Source: Longimicrobiales bacterium
Lineage (GTDB): Bacteria; Gemmatimonadota; Gemmatimonadetes; Longimicrobiales; Gaopeijiaceae
NCBI GenBank assembly: GCA_963664435.2
Contig: CAXXKM010000001.1
Location: 160,001 to 224,000 of the forward strand
Length of the DNA stretch: 64,000 bases
Direction: 5' to 3'
Part shown: positions 11,863 through 22,043 of the stretch, one piece after another
Layout: each line of letters begins with the position of its first letter
How positions within the stretch are numbered: the stretch's first letter is position 1
Translations under genes and position numbers: made by a program
Notes under the pieces: model-generated
Databases searched by the model: none
Told to the model about the DNA's origin: nothing
What the model saw: only the letters and a program-made list of their open reading frames with translations

Positions 11863-12915
11863 ATGTTCGCCACGATGATCTCGCGCTCGTTCGGGCGCGC
11901 CATAGCCCTCGCTGCCTTCATCCCTCTCACCCTGGCCGCCTGTCAGGTCGGATCCCCTCCGGAGGAGCCATCCGCCGAGGCGCCGATGGCCGCCGAGACG
12001 CCGGCCCCCGACTTCACCCTCGGCTCCGAGAACACGCACAATCGCTGGAGTTCCACCATCCCGCCGCAGTTGACGGTTCCCTCCGGAGCAGTCGTCGAAG
12101 CGTTCACGAAGGAAGCTTCTGACGGCCAGATCACCGAAGCCACGACGGCCGAGGACCTGCTCACCGTCAACTTCGACCTCATCCATGCGCTCACCGGCCC
12201 CATCTACGTGGAGGGCGCGAGCCCGGGCGATCTGCTGGCGGTGACGCTGCACGAGATCGAGGTCCAGGGCTGGGGATGGGCGGGCATCTTCCCCGGGTTC
12301 GGCTTCCTGCCCGAAGAGTTCACCGGGCCGTTCATCCGGGGCTTCCCGATGGAGCCCGGAGCCACGGAAGTCCCCTTCAACGACGACATCACGATTCCGC
12401 TGGCGCCGTTCGCGGGGGTGATGGGGGTCGCGCCCGACACCGACTCGATGCTCGTGACCATCCCGCCGCGCACCAACGGCGGCAACATGGACAACCGCCA
12501 CATGATCGCGGGAACGACGGTCTACTTCCCCGTACAGGTCGAAGGCGCCCTCTTCTCCATCGGTGACACGCACGCGGCCCAGGGCGACGGCGAAGTGTCC
12601 GGTTCCGCCATCGAGGCGCCCATGCGCATCGTCTTCGAGGTCGAGGTCATGGAGAACACGCGCGGAATGGTCGAACCCCAGTACGAGAGCGACGACTACT
12701 ACGCCGTGACCGGCTTCGCCACCACCATCGACGAGGCGGCCCGCAAAGCCACCCGCTACATGATCGACTACCTGGTCGCCGAACACGGCCTCACGCCCGA
12801 GGAAGCCTACGTGCTCTGCTCGATTGCCGGCGACATGAAGATCTCGGAGACGGTGGACGTGCCCCACATGCTGGTCAGCATGCACATGCCGAAGGGGATT
12901 TTCGGGGAGGGATAG
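11863..12915 (+). CDS. Acetamidase/formamidase family protein, probable lipoprotein
   Basis: HALTGPIYVEGA.PGD, PP..NGGNMD, FSIGDTHAAQGDGEV.G.AIE; lipobox LAAC. Confidence 0.92.
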   Translation: MFATMISRSFGRAIALAAFIPLTLAACQVGSPPEEPSAEAPMAAETPAPDFTLGSENTHNRWSSTIPPQLTVPSGAVVEAFTKEASDGQITEATTAEDLLTVNFDLIHALTGPIYVEGASPGDLLAVTLHEIEVQGWGWAGIFPGFGFLPEEFTGPFIRGFPMEPGATEVPFNDDITIPLAPFAGVMGVAPDTDSMLVTIPPRTNGGNMDNRHMIAGTTVYFPVQVEGALFSIGDTHAAQGDGEVSGSAIEAPMRIVFEVEVMENTRGMVEPQYESDDYYAVTGFATTIDEAARKATRYMIDYLVAEHGLTPEEAYVLCSIAGDMKISETVDVPHMLVSMHMPKGIFGEG

Positions 12916-12949
12916 GACCCGACGGAGTTAGAGGCCGCTGCGGGGCGCT

Positions 12950-13825
12950 TCAATTCCCCAGCGCCCGTCCAACCGTGACGTGATACACCGTCTGCTGACG
13001 CTCGTAGATCACGAGGGCCAGCCCCTCGGACTGCGCCTCCAGGAGCACCCGGCTGAAGATGGCTCCCAGTTCGCGGGATTTTCGGCCCGAGACCGACTCG
13101 AGCGCCAGATCTACGAGCCGCTCGACGTGCGGGGCGAACTCGGCGGGCACGCCGGCGAGGATCTCCGGCGGCCGCTCGGACGGTGGCGCGAACGCGGCGT
13201 AGGAGAGGTCCACGGTGGTGCCGAACTCGTGTGAGCTCACGCCGGCGGCTGCATTGGGGTTCCTGCCCCGCAGACGTGCCTGCCGCTCGGACGTGCGCAG
13301 CGCGCTCGTGACCTCGATGCGGTACGGCGGAAGACCCATCTCCGCCAGTCGGTCCTGGAACCGCCGGCCGAGCTCCTCGAGCAGGGCGGGCACCTCGGGA
13401 ACCATGTACGTCGGGGAAGTGCCGGGGCGAACGATCCAGTGCGCGGTGCTGTCCTCGAGCTGAACCAGCCGCCCCGCCGCGACAAGGGAGTCCCGGGCGG
13501 GGCGGTCGGCTACCCGGACGCCCAGCTCACGGGCGCGGGCCACGTGCGAGGCGTTGAGGAAGCGGCGGAGCGCGTTCTCCTGGGCCGTCGTCATTACCGG
13601 GAGGGGAGAGAGAATGTCGTTGGCCCTGTCCGCCTCCCGGTCCGTGAGGTCGAGCGCCTGTGACAAGGCTTGCTCGATCTCCGTCACGGTGGCGACCCTG
13701 GCCGCCTCTACGGCCGCCTCCCGCTCCCGCTCCCGTTCCGCTCTGCCGCACGAGGTCAGGAACAGGGCCAGGACCGCGATCCATCCGGCTTTGCGTCGAA
13801 GCATGGCTGCGCTGCCGTTTGTCAT
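12950..13825 (-). CDS. DUF5715-like lipoprotein (peptidase M15-like fold)
   Basis: VTSALRT..Q..LR..N.NAA, SSHEFGTTVDLSY, E.QQTVYHVTV; lipobox LTSC. Confidence 0.75.
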   Translation of the reverse strand: MTNGSAAMLRRKAGWIAVLALFLTSCGRAEREREREAAVEAARVATVTEIEQALSQALDLTDREADRANDILSPLPVMTTAQENALRRFLNASHVARARELGVRVADRPARDSLVAAGRLVQLEDSTAHWIVRPGTSPTYMVPEVPALLEELGRRFQDRLAEMGLPPYRIEVTSALRTSERQARLRGRNPNAAAGVSSHEFGTTVDLSYAAFAPPSERPPEILAGVPAEFAPHVERLVDLALESVSGRKSRELGAIFSRVLLEAQSEGLALVIYERQQTVYHVTVGRALGN

Positions 13826-14124
13826 CGAAGTCCTCCAATCGACGGGGTCGCGGGAACGGTCACGGGTGTATGGGTTTCGACGCTAGACACGAGCATGACG
13901 GCAGGCAAGGAGAACCGACCCATGACCGAAGGAAAATCCCGTCCCCGCTCGCGCGTCGCCGTGAAGGCCCGAAGGCGAGCGCGGAGCGCACTGGATGACT
14001 GACGCCCCGGGCTGCACGCCGCCGCCCGGGGAAGCCGCGGGAGCGGGCAACCGGAACCTGGCGGTGTCCATCCCATTAGACACTACAGAGCACCGCATCA
14101 ACCTCGACCTTCCCTGACCCGCCG

Positions 14125-15267
14125 ATGGCCATCCACCAGTTCCCACTCGTCCGGCGGCAGCCGCATCGCAGCGTCCCGCTCGCGCACGACAGCACGCCGG
14201 GCGGAGCCGCCCCCGCTTTGGGCGCATTCTTCCTGCTGATGTTCGGCCTCGCCGCCGCGTCTCCAGTGCAGGCCCAGATCACCGGCTACGTGCTCAACGA
14301 GGAGGGCGACCCGGTCGCCGGCGCCGCCGTGGAGGCCTGGGCGGCGGACCGCAAGATCGGAGGCCGGCTGGCCGATGAGGACGGCTGGTTCCTCTTCCCC
14401 GCCAACATGACGGGACAGATTCGCGCACTGTACGCGGGACAGCTCGGATACCATCCGGAAGTAGTCCAGATGGAGGAAGGCGTCGACGCCTACGAGATCC
14501 GCCTGACCCGCGAACCCATTCCGCTTCCCGAGCTGGTCGTGGATGCGCAACGGGCCCGCTGCGCCGGCGGAGAGGATCGCGACGCGCGACGCCTGTGGGA
14601 GTACGCCGCCGCGCGCTACAACCAGGGTCTGGACACGCTGGGCGTGGCCACCTACCTGGCATCCGTGGAATCCATCCTGCCGGAGGGTGAGGTGGGGACG
14701 GTGCAGGCCGCGGGCGAGGCCATCGCGCAGCGCGGGTCCTCTTCCCTGCTCCGCTTCAGCTGGCGGCGGCGCATCGAGCGCGAGGGGTACGCGTACCAGA
14801 TCCGGAGAACGACCCCCGAGCAATCGTACACGTCCTGGGTTTATCCTCCGCTGGAGGCGGATTTCGCCCCGCACTTCGCGGGGGAGTTCTTCGGCGACCG
14901 GCATCGCTTCCAGTTCGACAGGGTCGAGGAGCCCGACCAGGACGGGAGCGTGACGGTGGTGTTCTGCGCACGGGACGACGACCATCCGTCGATGGAAGGC
15001 ACGCTGGTCATCAGCCCGGACACGACGATCGCGGTTGCCCAGTGGCTCTTCCGCACCCCGGAGCCGGTCGAGCATGCGGGCGGGCGGGCGGTGTTCGGCC
15101 CGCTCGCGGACGATCCCGAAGACTCGTATCTGCTGCCCATCGAGGGTGTCTTCTGGCGCAGGTCGCCGCCCGACAGCTTCTGGCAGCGGTACCAGAAGTT
15201 CGAGCGGTGGATGGTGGCGCAGGGAGACTCGGTACCTTTCCTTCCCAAGAGACCTGGCGGAGATTAG
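14125..15267 (+). CDS. Secreted protein with carboxypeptidase-regulatory-like (beta-sandwich) N-terminal domain
   Basis: Signal-like segment then QITGYVLNEEGDPVAGAAV...ADEDGWF...LGY...PLPELVV. Confidence 0.72.
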   Translation: MAIHQFPLVRRQPHRSVPLAHDSTPGGAAPALGAFFLLMFGLAAASPVQAQITGYVLNEEGDPVAGAAVEAWAADRKIGGRLADEDGWFLFPANMTGQIRALYAGQLGYHPEVVQMEEGVDAYEIRLTREPIPLPELVVDAQRARCAGGEDRDARRLWEYAAARYNQGLDTLGVATYLASVESILPEGEVGTVQAAGEAIAQRGSSSLLRFSWRRRIEREGYAYQIRRTTPEQSYTSWVYPPLEADFAPHFAGEFFGDRHRFQFDRVEEPDQDGSVTVVFCARDDDHPSMEGTLVISPDTTIAVAQWLFRTPEPVEHAGGRAVFGPLADDPEDSYLLPIEGVFWRRSPPDSFWQRYQKFERWMVAQGDSVPFLPKRPGGD

Positions 15268-15319
15268 GGCGGCCTGCGGGTACGCCGCAGCAACCTCCGT
15301 CCCCGCACCCGCCACCGCC

Positions 15320-17254
15320 ATGAAACGCTTTGCCTGCGGCACGCGCGTTCGCGCCGGCTTCGTGGTCCTCCTGCTGTCCGCCTGCGCCGACGCCGCCCCC
15401 GCGCCCCGGCCACCCGGCGACGGGGACTGGGTCGCCTACGGCCGGGACGCGGGAGGATCCAGCTACTCGCCGCTCGACCAGATCACGACCGCGAATGTCG
15501 GCGGGCTCGAGTTGGCGTGGAGCTGGGAGACGGGCGAGGAGCCGATTCCCGGCCCTCTTTCGCCGATTCGCGGGCAGGAGGTGCGGCCGGGCAACTTCGA
15601 GACCACGCCGCTCGCCTTCAACGACACGCTCTTCTTCACCACGGCCTACAACCGCGTCATCGCCCTCGAAGGCAGCACCGGCAGGCCGCTCTGGGAGTAC
15701 GACCCGCGCACCGTGGAGTGGGGGCAGCCGCCCAACGGAACGGGCTTCGTGCACCGCGGGGTGGCGGTGTGGAGCGGGCCGGGCGAGCGGCGCATCTTCC
15801 TCAACACGCGCTGGCGCCTGATTGCGCTCGACGCCGCCACCGGCGAGCCGGTGCAGTCGTTCGGGCACCGGGGCGAGATCGACCTCACCGAGCAGCTGCT
15901 CTGGCCCACCAACCGCCTGCACTATACGCAGACGTCGCCGCCGGTGGTCTTCGAGGACCTGGTCATCGTCGGCAACGGGGTGTGGGACGGCTTCGTCTAC
16001 CCGCGCGATCCGCCCGGCAACGTGCAGGCCTTCGACGTGCACACCGGCGAGCTGGTGTGGTCGTTCAACCTCATCCCGCAGCCCGGCGAGCCCGGAAACG
16101 AGACCTGGGAGGACGGCAGCTGGGACTACACGGGACACACGAACGCGTGGGCGCCGATGGTGGTGGACGAGGAGCGCGGGCTCCTGTACGCGGGGATCGG
16201 CACGCCGTCCAACGACTACTACGGCGGCCACCGCCTGGGCGACAACCTGTACGCCGAGTCGCTGGTGGCCCTCGACGCGCGCACCGGCGAGCTGGCGTGG
16301 CACTTCCAGACGGTGCGCCACGGGCTGTGGGACTTCGACCTGCCGGGTGCGCCGGTGCTCTTCACCGTGACGGTGGACGGCCGCGCGGTCGACGCGGTGG
16401 CGGTGGCCGGCAAGACCGGCTTCGTCTACACCTTCGACCGGGAGACCGGCGAGCCGGTGTGGCCCATCGAGGAGCGGCCGGTGCCGCCGAGCGACGTGCC
16501 CGGCGAGGTTGCGGCTGCGACCCAGCCCTTCCCCACCTCCCCACCCCCCTTCGCCCGCCAGGGATTCACCCCCGACGACCTCATCGACCTCACCCCGGAG
16601 CTGCGGCGGCGCGCCGAGGAGCTGACCGCCGGCTACCGCTTCGGGCCCCTCTACGAGCCGCCTTCCATGGAGGGCACCATCGCCATGCCGGGCATCCTGG
16701 GCGGCGGCAACTGGGGCGGGGTGGCGGTGGACCCGGCGAGCGCCGTCCTGTTCGTGAAGTCCTCCGAGGAGGCCAGCCTGCTCAGGATCGCGCCCGCCAA
16801 CCCGGCCACCACGGTTGCCGACTACGGCATCGATCGCACGGCCTCCAGGACCCTGACGGTCGACGGACTGCCCATCTCCAACCCGCCGTACGGGACCCTC
16901 ACCGCCATCGACATGAACGGCGGCGCGATCCTCTGGCAGGAGGCGGTCGGGGAGCGCCCGGAGATCGCGGGCCATCCCGCGCTGGCCGCGCTCGACCTGC
17001 CCGCCCGGCTGGGGGTGGTGGGGGCGCCGGGCCCGTTCGCGACCGGCGGCGGCCTGGTGTTCCTCACGGGCGGCTCGGACATCCTGTACGCCTTCGACGC
17101 GGCGAGCGGGGAGGTGCTGTGGGAAGGCCGGCTGCCCGCGCGGGCCTACGCCAACCCTATGACCTTCGAGACACGCGACGGGCGCCAGCTGGTGGTCATC
17201 GCAACCGGCGAACGCGAGGGAGCGGCGCTGCTGGCGTTCGGGCTGGGGAGCTAA
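15320..17254 (+). CDS. PQQ-dependent (quinoprotein glucose) dehydrogenase, lipoprotein
   Basis: DWVAYGRD.G.S.YSPLDQIT..NV, FETTPL, GELAWHFQTVRHGLWDFDLP, GGGNWGG, PPYGTL, ANPMTF; lipobox LSAC. Start set to ATG 15320. Confidence 0.92.
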   Translation: MKRFACGTRVRAGFVVLLLSACADAAPAPRPPGDGDWVAYGRDAGGSSYSPLDQITTANVGGLELAWSWETGEEPIPGPLSPIRGQEVRPGNFETTPLAFNDTLFFTTAYNRVIALEGSTGRPLWEYDPRTVEWGQPPNGTGFVHRGVAVWSGPGERRIFLNTRWRLIALDAATGEPVQSFGHRGEIDLTEQLLWPTNRLHYTQTSPPVVFEDLVIVGNGVWDGFVYPRDPPGNVQAFDVHTGELVWSFNLIPQPGEPGNETWEDGSWDYTGHTNAWAPMVVDEERGLLYAGIGTPSNDYYGGHRLGDNLYAESLVALDARTGELAWHFQTVRHGLWDFDLPGAPVLFTVTVDGRAVDAVAVAGKTGFVYTFDRETGEPVWPIEERPVPPSDVPGEVAAATQPFPTSPPPFARQGFTPDDLIDLTPELRRRAEELTAGYRFGPLYEPPSMEGTIAMPGILGGGNWGGVAVDPASAVLFVKSSEEASLLRIAPANPATTVADYGIDRTASRTLTVDGLPISNPPYGTLTAIDMNGGAILWQEAVGERPEIAGHPALAALDLPARLGVVGAPGPFATGGGLVFLTGGSDILYAFDAASGEVLWEGRLPARAYANPMTFETRDGRQLVVIATGEREGAALLAFGLGS

Positions 17255-17255
17255 C

Positions 17256-19262
17256 CTACAGCCCGTACCTCTCCTGTAGCACCGCCGCCGAGGCCAGCAT
17301 CAGCAGGAGCGAATCGACGGAGGGACGATCCCGGTCCGCGAGACGCGGCAGGCCGTCCAGGATCCCCGTCACCGCGCCGGCGTCCAGGAACGGGACCGCG
17401 CGCACCGACGCTCCGCGCAACGTGTCCTGCAGGAAATCGTGGAGCGGGCCCTCGGTGCCGACCGCGGAGGGAGCCATGAACGCGCGCTTGGCCCTGCCAT
17501 ATACCGCATCGGGGATGTACGGCCGCATCGCTTCACGGAGCAGGCGCTTTTCTCCGGGAGGGGCGGTGAGTACCGCGAGCGGCAGCCGGTTCGCGTACTC
17601 GAACAGCTCCTGGTCGAGAAACGGGAGGCGCACCTCCACCCCGTGCGCCATGTCCAGACGGTCCGCGGCGAGGTGGTAGTTGACGAAGAGCGAGTGCAGC
17701 CAGAGGTAGAGGAGCTGCCGCGACGGCTCCCGCCGGGAGAGGGCGCCGGAGTCGCGTGCACGCCGGTAGAAGGCATGATAGAGGTCGTATCCGGCGAAGC
17801 CGCGCAGGAAGTCCTCGGAGCACACCGACTGGATGAGGCCGAGCCCCCGGGTGAGTCGCGTGAAGAGCGAGGGAGCCGCGGGCAGCAGCAGCGCGATGCG
17901 GGCGAGCCACGGGGAGACGGCCGCGAGCGCGGGGTACTCCCGTGCCGGAGAGCGCAGCAGCCCGCGCAGGATTCTCAGGATCTTCCGCGGGCCGAGCCCT
18001 CCTCCCCCCGCCCCCGCCGCGGCGCGCAGGAACTCGTAGCCGAAGAAGGCCTCGTCGGCGCCCTCGCCCGCCAGCACCGACCGGTATCCGGCCTCGCGAA
18101 CGCCGCGCGCAAGCAGATAGCGGGCAACGCCATGCGTGTTGTACTGGAGCGTCTCGGCGTGCCGGACCGCGTCCGGGAAGTGGTCGGCCAGCGCGGCGTC
18201 GTCCAGCATCACGACGGTGTGATCCGCGCCGGCCGCAGCCGCCATCTCACGCGCTCCCGCGCTCTCGTCGTACTCTCGGCGCTCGAACCCGACCGTGAAG
18301 GCCGCAACCGGCTTCCCGGTCCCTGCCGCGGCCAGGCCCAGCACCGAAGAGGAATCCAGGCCGCCGCTCAACAGGCACCCCACCGGCACGCCGGCGACCA
18401 TGCGCAGGCGGACGGCCTCCTCCGTCAACCCGCGCACGCGCTCGACCGCTTGCGTGAATCCGGAGATGGTGGGCGCGTCGCCGGACCGAGTGTGGCCGGA
18501 GGCGGTGGCCGACCAGCCGTGCCGGCTTGGACCGGTGGCCCCGGCTCCCGCTCCGGCTCGGCCGCCACGGCGCAACCAGCCCCGCCGCCACGGCGACGGC
18601 GGCAGATCCCAGTACGGCTCCAGCTGCAGGCCATCCGCACCGGCCCGCAGAACGTGCCCGGGCGGCACCTGCGAGATCCCGGCAAAGAGGGACCGCCGCT
18701 CGTCCGGGCAGGCGTGGAGCGCATGGTAGACCGCGCGCCCATCCCACGACCGCGGGATCCCCGCCGCGAACAGCGCCTTCGCCTCCGACGCCAGGTACAC
18801 CGCGCCGCGATGCTCCGCGAAGAAGAGCGGCTTCATCCCGAAACGGTCTCGCGCGGCGAAGAGACGCCCCGACTCCTCGTCCCAGACGACGAAGGCGAAC
18901 TGGCCGCGCAAGCGCTCCAGGCATCCGGCGCCGAGCTCTTCATAGAGATGCAGCGCGATCTCGCTGTCGGAGCGGGTGCGGAAGCGGTGCCCCCGCGCTT
19001 CGAGTTCCGACCGAATCCGCGCGAAGTCGTAGAACTGGCCGTTGACGATGATCCGCAGCCGCTCGTCCTCGCCGGCGATCGGCTGAAAGCCCTCCGGATC
19101 GTTGATGGCGAGAAGGGTGTGGCCCAGTCCCGCTCGGCCGCCGGGGGAAACCCAGGTCCGCGTTCCGTCCGGACCCCGGTGCTCCAGCGCCTCGGTGGCG
19201 CGCCGGAGCGCGGCCCCGGGGACCGGGCCGCTGCGCGACAGGATGGCGACGATTCCGCACAT
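17256..19262 (-). CDS. asnB: Asparagine synthase (glutamine-hydrolysing)-family amidotransferase
   Basis: N-terminal MCGI, HRGPD, RDRFGMKPLF, LSGGLDSS, GEGADE.F.GY, EVRLPFLD. Confidence 0.92.
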   Translation of the reverse strand: MCGIVAILSRSGPVPGAALRRATEALEHRGPDGTRTWVSPGGRAGLGHTLLAINDPEGFQPIAGEDERLRIIVNGQFYDFARIRSELEARGHRFRTRSDSEIALHLYEELGAGCLERLRGQFAFVVWDEESGRLFAARDRFGMKPLFFAEHRGAVYLASEAKALFAAGIPRSWDGRAVYHALHACPDERRSLFAGISQVPPGHVLRAGADGLQLEPYWDLPPSPWRRGWLRRGGRAGAGAGATGPSRHGWSATASGHTRSGDAPTISGFTQAVERVRGLTEEAVRLRMVAGVPVGCLLSGGLDSSSVLGLAAAGTGKPVAAFTVGFERREYDESAGAREMAAAAGADHTVVMLDDAALADHFPDAVRHAETLQYNTHGVARYLLARGVREAGYRSVLAGEGADEAFFGYEFLRAAAGAGGGGLGPRKILRILRGLLRSPAREYPALAAVSPWLARIALLLPAAPSLFTRLTRGLGLIQSVCSEDFLRGFAGYDLYHAFYRRARDSGALSRREPSRQLLYLWLHSLFVNYHLAADRLDMAHGVEVRLPFLDQELFEYANRLPLAVLTAPPGEKRLLREAMRPYIPDAVYGRAKRAFMAPSAVGTEGPLHDFLQDTLRGASVRAVPFLDAGAVTGILDGLPRLADRDRPSVDSLLLMLASAAVLQERYGL

Positions 19263-19278
19263 CGGAAGTCCCGGATCC

Positions 19279-20733
19279 TCAGCTCGGAGAGTGCATGACG
19301 GCGTCGCCGCGCCGGCAGGTGAAGCGCATCAGCGGCCGCCGCTCGCCGCGGGTCAGCTCCAGGTTGTCCGCCGTGATCCGCTGCACGACGGCGACCACAT
19401 CGATCGTTCCCGCCTCGGGATGCGCTCGGGCGTAGCGGCGGGCGTGGCGGACCAGCAGCGACCTGTGCACCGCTTCGAGCTTCGCCGGGCCCAGCTGCAG
19501 CCAGATGTTGCCGACCAGGTAGGACTGCAGCAGCAGATGGCGCATGCTCTGCGGAAAGAGTGCTTCGGAATCGATGCGCGGGCCCCGGTGCCCGCGCATG
19601 CCCTCCGCCTCCCCCACCCTCCTCACCTCGAAGCGCACATGGTAGTTGCGCTCGTCGACCCAGTCGAAGAGCCGGTAGCTCTGATACACCCCCGCCGTCC
19701 AGAGCAGCGCCTGCACCGGGTTGTACCAGCCCCGCGACGAGTAGCGCTCCGTCAGCCGCGTGCCGGTGAACACGATGTCCCAGAGCAGCATGATCGCGAT
19801 CAGCACGACCAGGGCGACCGCCACCAGCCCCGCGGGAGCAAGCCCGGCCGCGGAGACCTCCCGCAGAGGCGGAAGCCCCAGGCCGCCGAGCATGATCTCC
19901 GGGGCGAAGGCGAGCGGCAACACCCCGAGCATGGCGCTGTTGGAATAGGGGATCTTGAGGGTCAGCGCGATCCCTCCATGGAAGATGACGGCTCCCGCCG
20001 CCAGCAGCCACTTGACCGCGGAACCGGCGGGGAGCACGAAGATGAGGGCGAAGAGCGGCTCCACGACCAGGGCGGCGTGGGTGACCCACCGCAGCGGCGT
20101 GCGACACCGCAGCGTCCACAAGTCCGGCGCGCGGGCGATGGGCATCCGGAGGGCCGCGTGCATGGCCGACCCATCCCGCCACATGGGGCTTGTGAACTTG
20201 TAGAACCCCGCAACCACGTAGACGAGCACCATGTTGGCGAGGAATGCCCGCGGTGCCAGGCCCGGAACCGTCGCCAGACTCCACTCCCGAATCTCCGGTC
20301 CGCCGGCCAGCAGATCGGGCAGGGTGAGGGTATGCCCGACCGGAAGCAGCACCAGCCACAGGCAGAACAGGTGTATCATGGCGTCGTCGAGGTACGCAGC
20401 CAGCACGTTCCAGCGGTAGTTGGAGACGGCCGCCAGGAACATGAACGCGGCGGCCGCCCTCGGATGGTATCCCACGACGACCAGCAGCGAGGCCGCGCAC
20501 CCGCCGAGGAAAACGACCCGAAACACCCAGCCGGGCATCCCCGGCTGAAAGAGGCTGAGCCGGGTGGGCGGAAGGAGCCCGACCACCAGCCGGTGGTCGA
20601 TGAGGCCGTCCGGATCGCTGAAGTCCCGCGACTGCCTGAGCGCTCCCAGGAAGTAGAAGAAGAGGACGCCGCCGATCAGGATGCGGGCCATGTCCACGGG
20701 CAGCGCGTAGACGGGTGCGGTGATCGCGCTCAA
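19279..20733 (-). CDS. HTTM-domain (vitamin K-dependent gamma-carboxylase-like) membrane protein
   Basis: Multi-TM; VVGYHPR, RWN....DD, LVYVVAGFYKFTSPMWRDGSA, IFHGGIALTL match the HTTM pattern. TTG start. Confidence 0.75.
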   Translation of the reverse strand: MSAITAPVYALPVDMARILIGGVLFFYFLGALRQSRDFSDPDGLIDHRLVVGLLPPTRLSLFQPGMPGWVFRVVFLGGCAASLLVVVGYHPRAAAAFMFLAAVSNYRWNVLAAYLDDAMIHLFCLWLVLLPVGHTLTLPDLLAGGPEIREWSLATVPGLAPRAFLANMVLVYVVAGFYKFTSPMWRDGSAMHAALRMPIARAPDLWTLRCRTPLRWVTHAALVVEPLFALIFVLPAGSAVKWLLAAGAVIFHGGIALTLKIPYSNSAMLGVLPLAFAPEIMLGGLGLPPLREVSAAGLAPAGLVAVALVVLIAIMLLWDIVFTGTRLTERYSSRGWYNPVQALLWTAGVYQSYRLFDWVDERNYHVRFEVRRVGEAEGMRGHRGPRIDSEALFPQSMRHLLLQSYLVGNIWLQLGPAKLEAVHRSLLVRHARRYARAHPEAGTIDVVAVVQRITADNLELTRGERRPLMRFTCRRGDAVMHSPS

Positions 20734-20790
20734 TTCAGCGCCACCGGCGCCTTGTCGCCTTGAGCCCGGCCTCGATCACGCAAAGCGATG

Positions 20791-21816
20791 TCAGTCGCTG
20801 GTGCGGGTGCGCTTCGAGGAGTCGATGGACGCCCGATTCTCCCGCAGCAACTCCTCGGCCCCCTCCGGCAGGAACAGCTTGTCCGAGATGTCCGCGATCT
20901 CTTCAGCCTCCTCCCAGGCCTTCTCGAGCAACCAGAGTTCACCCTCCAGGGCGCGTCGCTCCTGCTCTTCGTGGAGCGCCATTTCGAGGGCGAGCTTGTG
21001 CGGCCTGGGCATCTTGTTGATGTAGCCCGGAACGCCCTTCTTGTCCTCGAAGCGCTGTCCCTCCGCGATCCGGACCAGGAATCGCTCCGGATGCCCGGTG
21101 GTTTCGATGAGGTCGACGGCGTTTCCGACCGTGTCCCTGCTCCCGCCCATGCGGTTCATCCTGGGAAGGATCGCCCCTGCGAACCGGCGCGCTTCGACTC
21201 CCTCGAACCAGGTCTTCGTCTTTTTCCTGCGCACCTGAAGCCTGAAGCCCTGCGCGTCATCCGACGGACGCACGCGAGTGCCAAGGAGGTCCTGCTGGTT
21301 GAGCTTCAGAACGCCCCCTTCGGCGGGGTTGAGCTTCACGAGGGTTCGCCGGCTGTTCCAGATGTTGAACCAGTTCGGAATCTGACTGATCACGCCTGCG
21401 CTCAGGCCCGCGGCAACTCCGCCGACCACGATCCCGCCCACCACCGCAATGCCGGCCGCCCCGAACAGGAGAGCCCGCCGCCGCCGCCGCCCGAACTGAT
21501 CCCCGTACCGCCACGCCGCGAACTCGGGACGCATGGGCTGGCCGATGCGCACCAGGGTGAGTCCCTCCGGATGGCGCGCAAGGCCGATGTTGTCGGTGGA
21601 GACGCGGATGCGGGTGCCGCGGAAGAGGCGCTCGCAGTCCTCGACCGCTTCCCAGCGTTCCTCAAGCGGCGTGAGGTTCCAGCGCTCGCATTTCGTGCAC
21701 ACGACCCAGAGGCGGCCCCGGGCGGCGTCGAAGGCCAGCCTCCGCCCGACGGGGAACGACTCCACCACCCCGTTGGTTCCCAGCGGCTTCCGGCAGAACA
21801 TGCACGATGTGTACAC
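20791..21816 (-). CDS. Hypothetical protein with N-terminal Zn-ribbon and one TM segment
   Basis: CMFC...CTKC pair, central hydrophobic segment, acidic C-terminal helix. Confidence 0.78.
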   Translation of the reverse strand: MYTSCMFCRKPLGTNGVVESFPVGRRLAFDAARGRLWVVCTKCERWNLTPLEERWEAVEDCERLFRGTRIRVSTDNIGLARHPEGLTLVRIGQPMRPEFAAWRYGDQFGRRRRRALLFGAAGIAVVGGIVVGGVAAGLSAGVISQIPNWFNIWNSRRTLVKLNPAEGGVLKLNQQDLLGTRVRPSDDAQGFRLQVRRKKTKTWFEGVEARRFAGAILPRMNRMGGSRDTVGNAVDLIETTGHPERFLVRIAEGQRFEDKKGVPGYINKMPRPHKLALEMALHEEQERRALEGELWLLEKAWEEAEEIADISDKLFLPEGAEELLRENRASIDSSKRTRTSD

Positions 21817-22043
21817 GGCGCTCCCTGTTGGCTCGGGCGTTCGCGCGCGGAACGTGACGCCGGCTCACCCCGCGGCGACTTGTGTTTTATGCTGCGATCG
21901 TGGCAAGGTGCTGCAGCGGCAAACCTTGCGACTTCTCTACCAGATGTGCCCGCGTTCCGTTTCCCGGCGCTGAAGTCGCCGGCCGAACGCTGACCACCGC
22001 TGGCGCAGGCGCTGATGCCACTTCCTCCGGGATATTGAACCTA

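Noticed and set aside
17256..19262. AsnB as a lasso-peptide cyclase
   Set aside because: It has an intact N-terminal Cys glutaminase domain, and no B1/B2 protein or precursor peptide is nearby.
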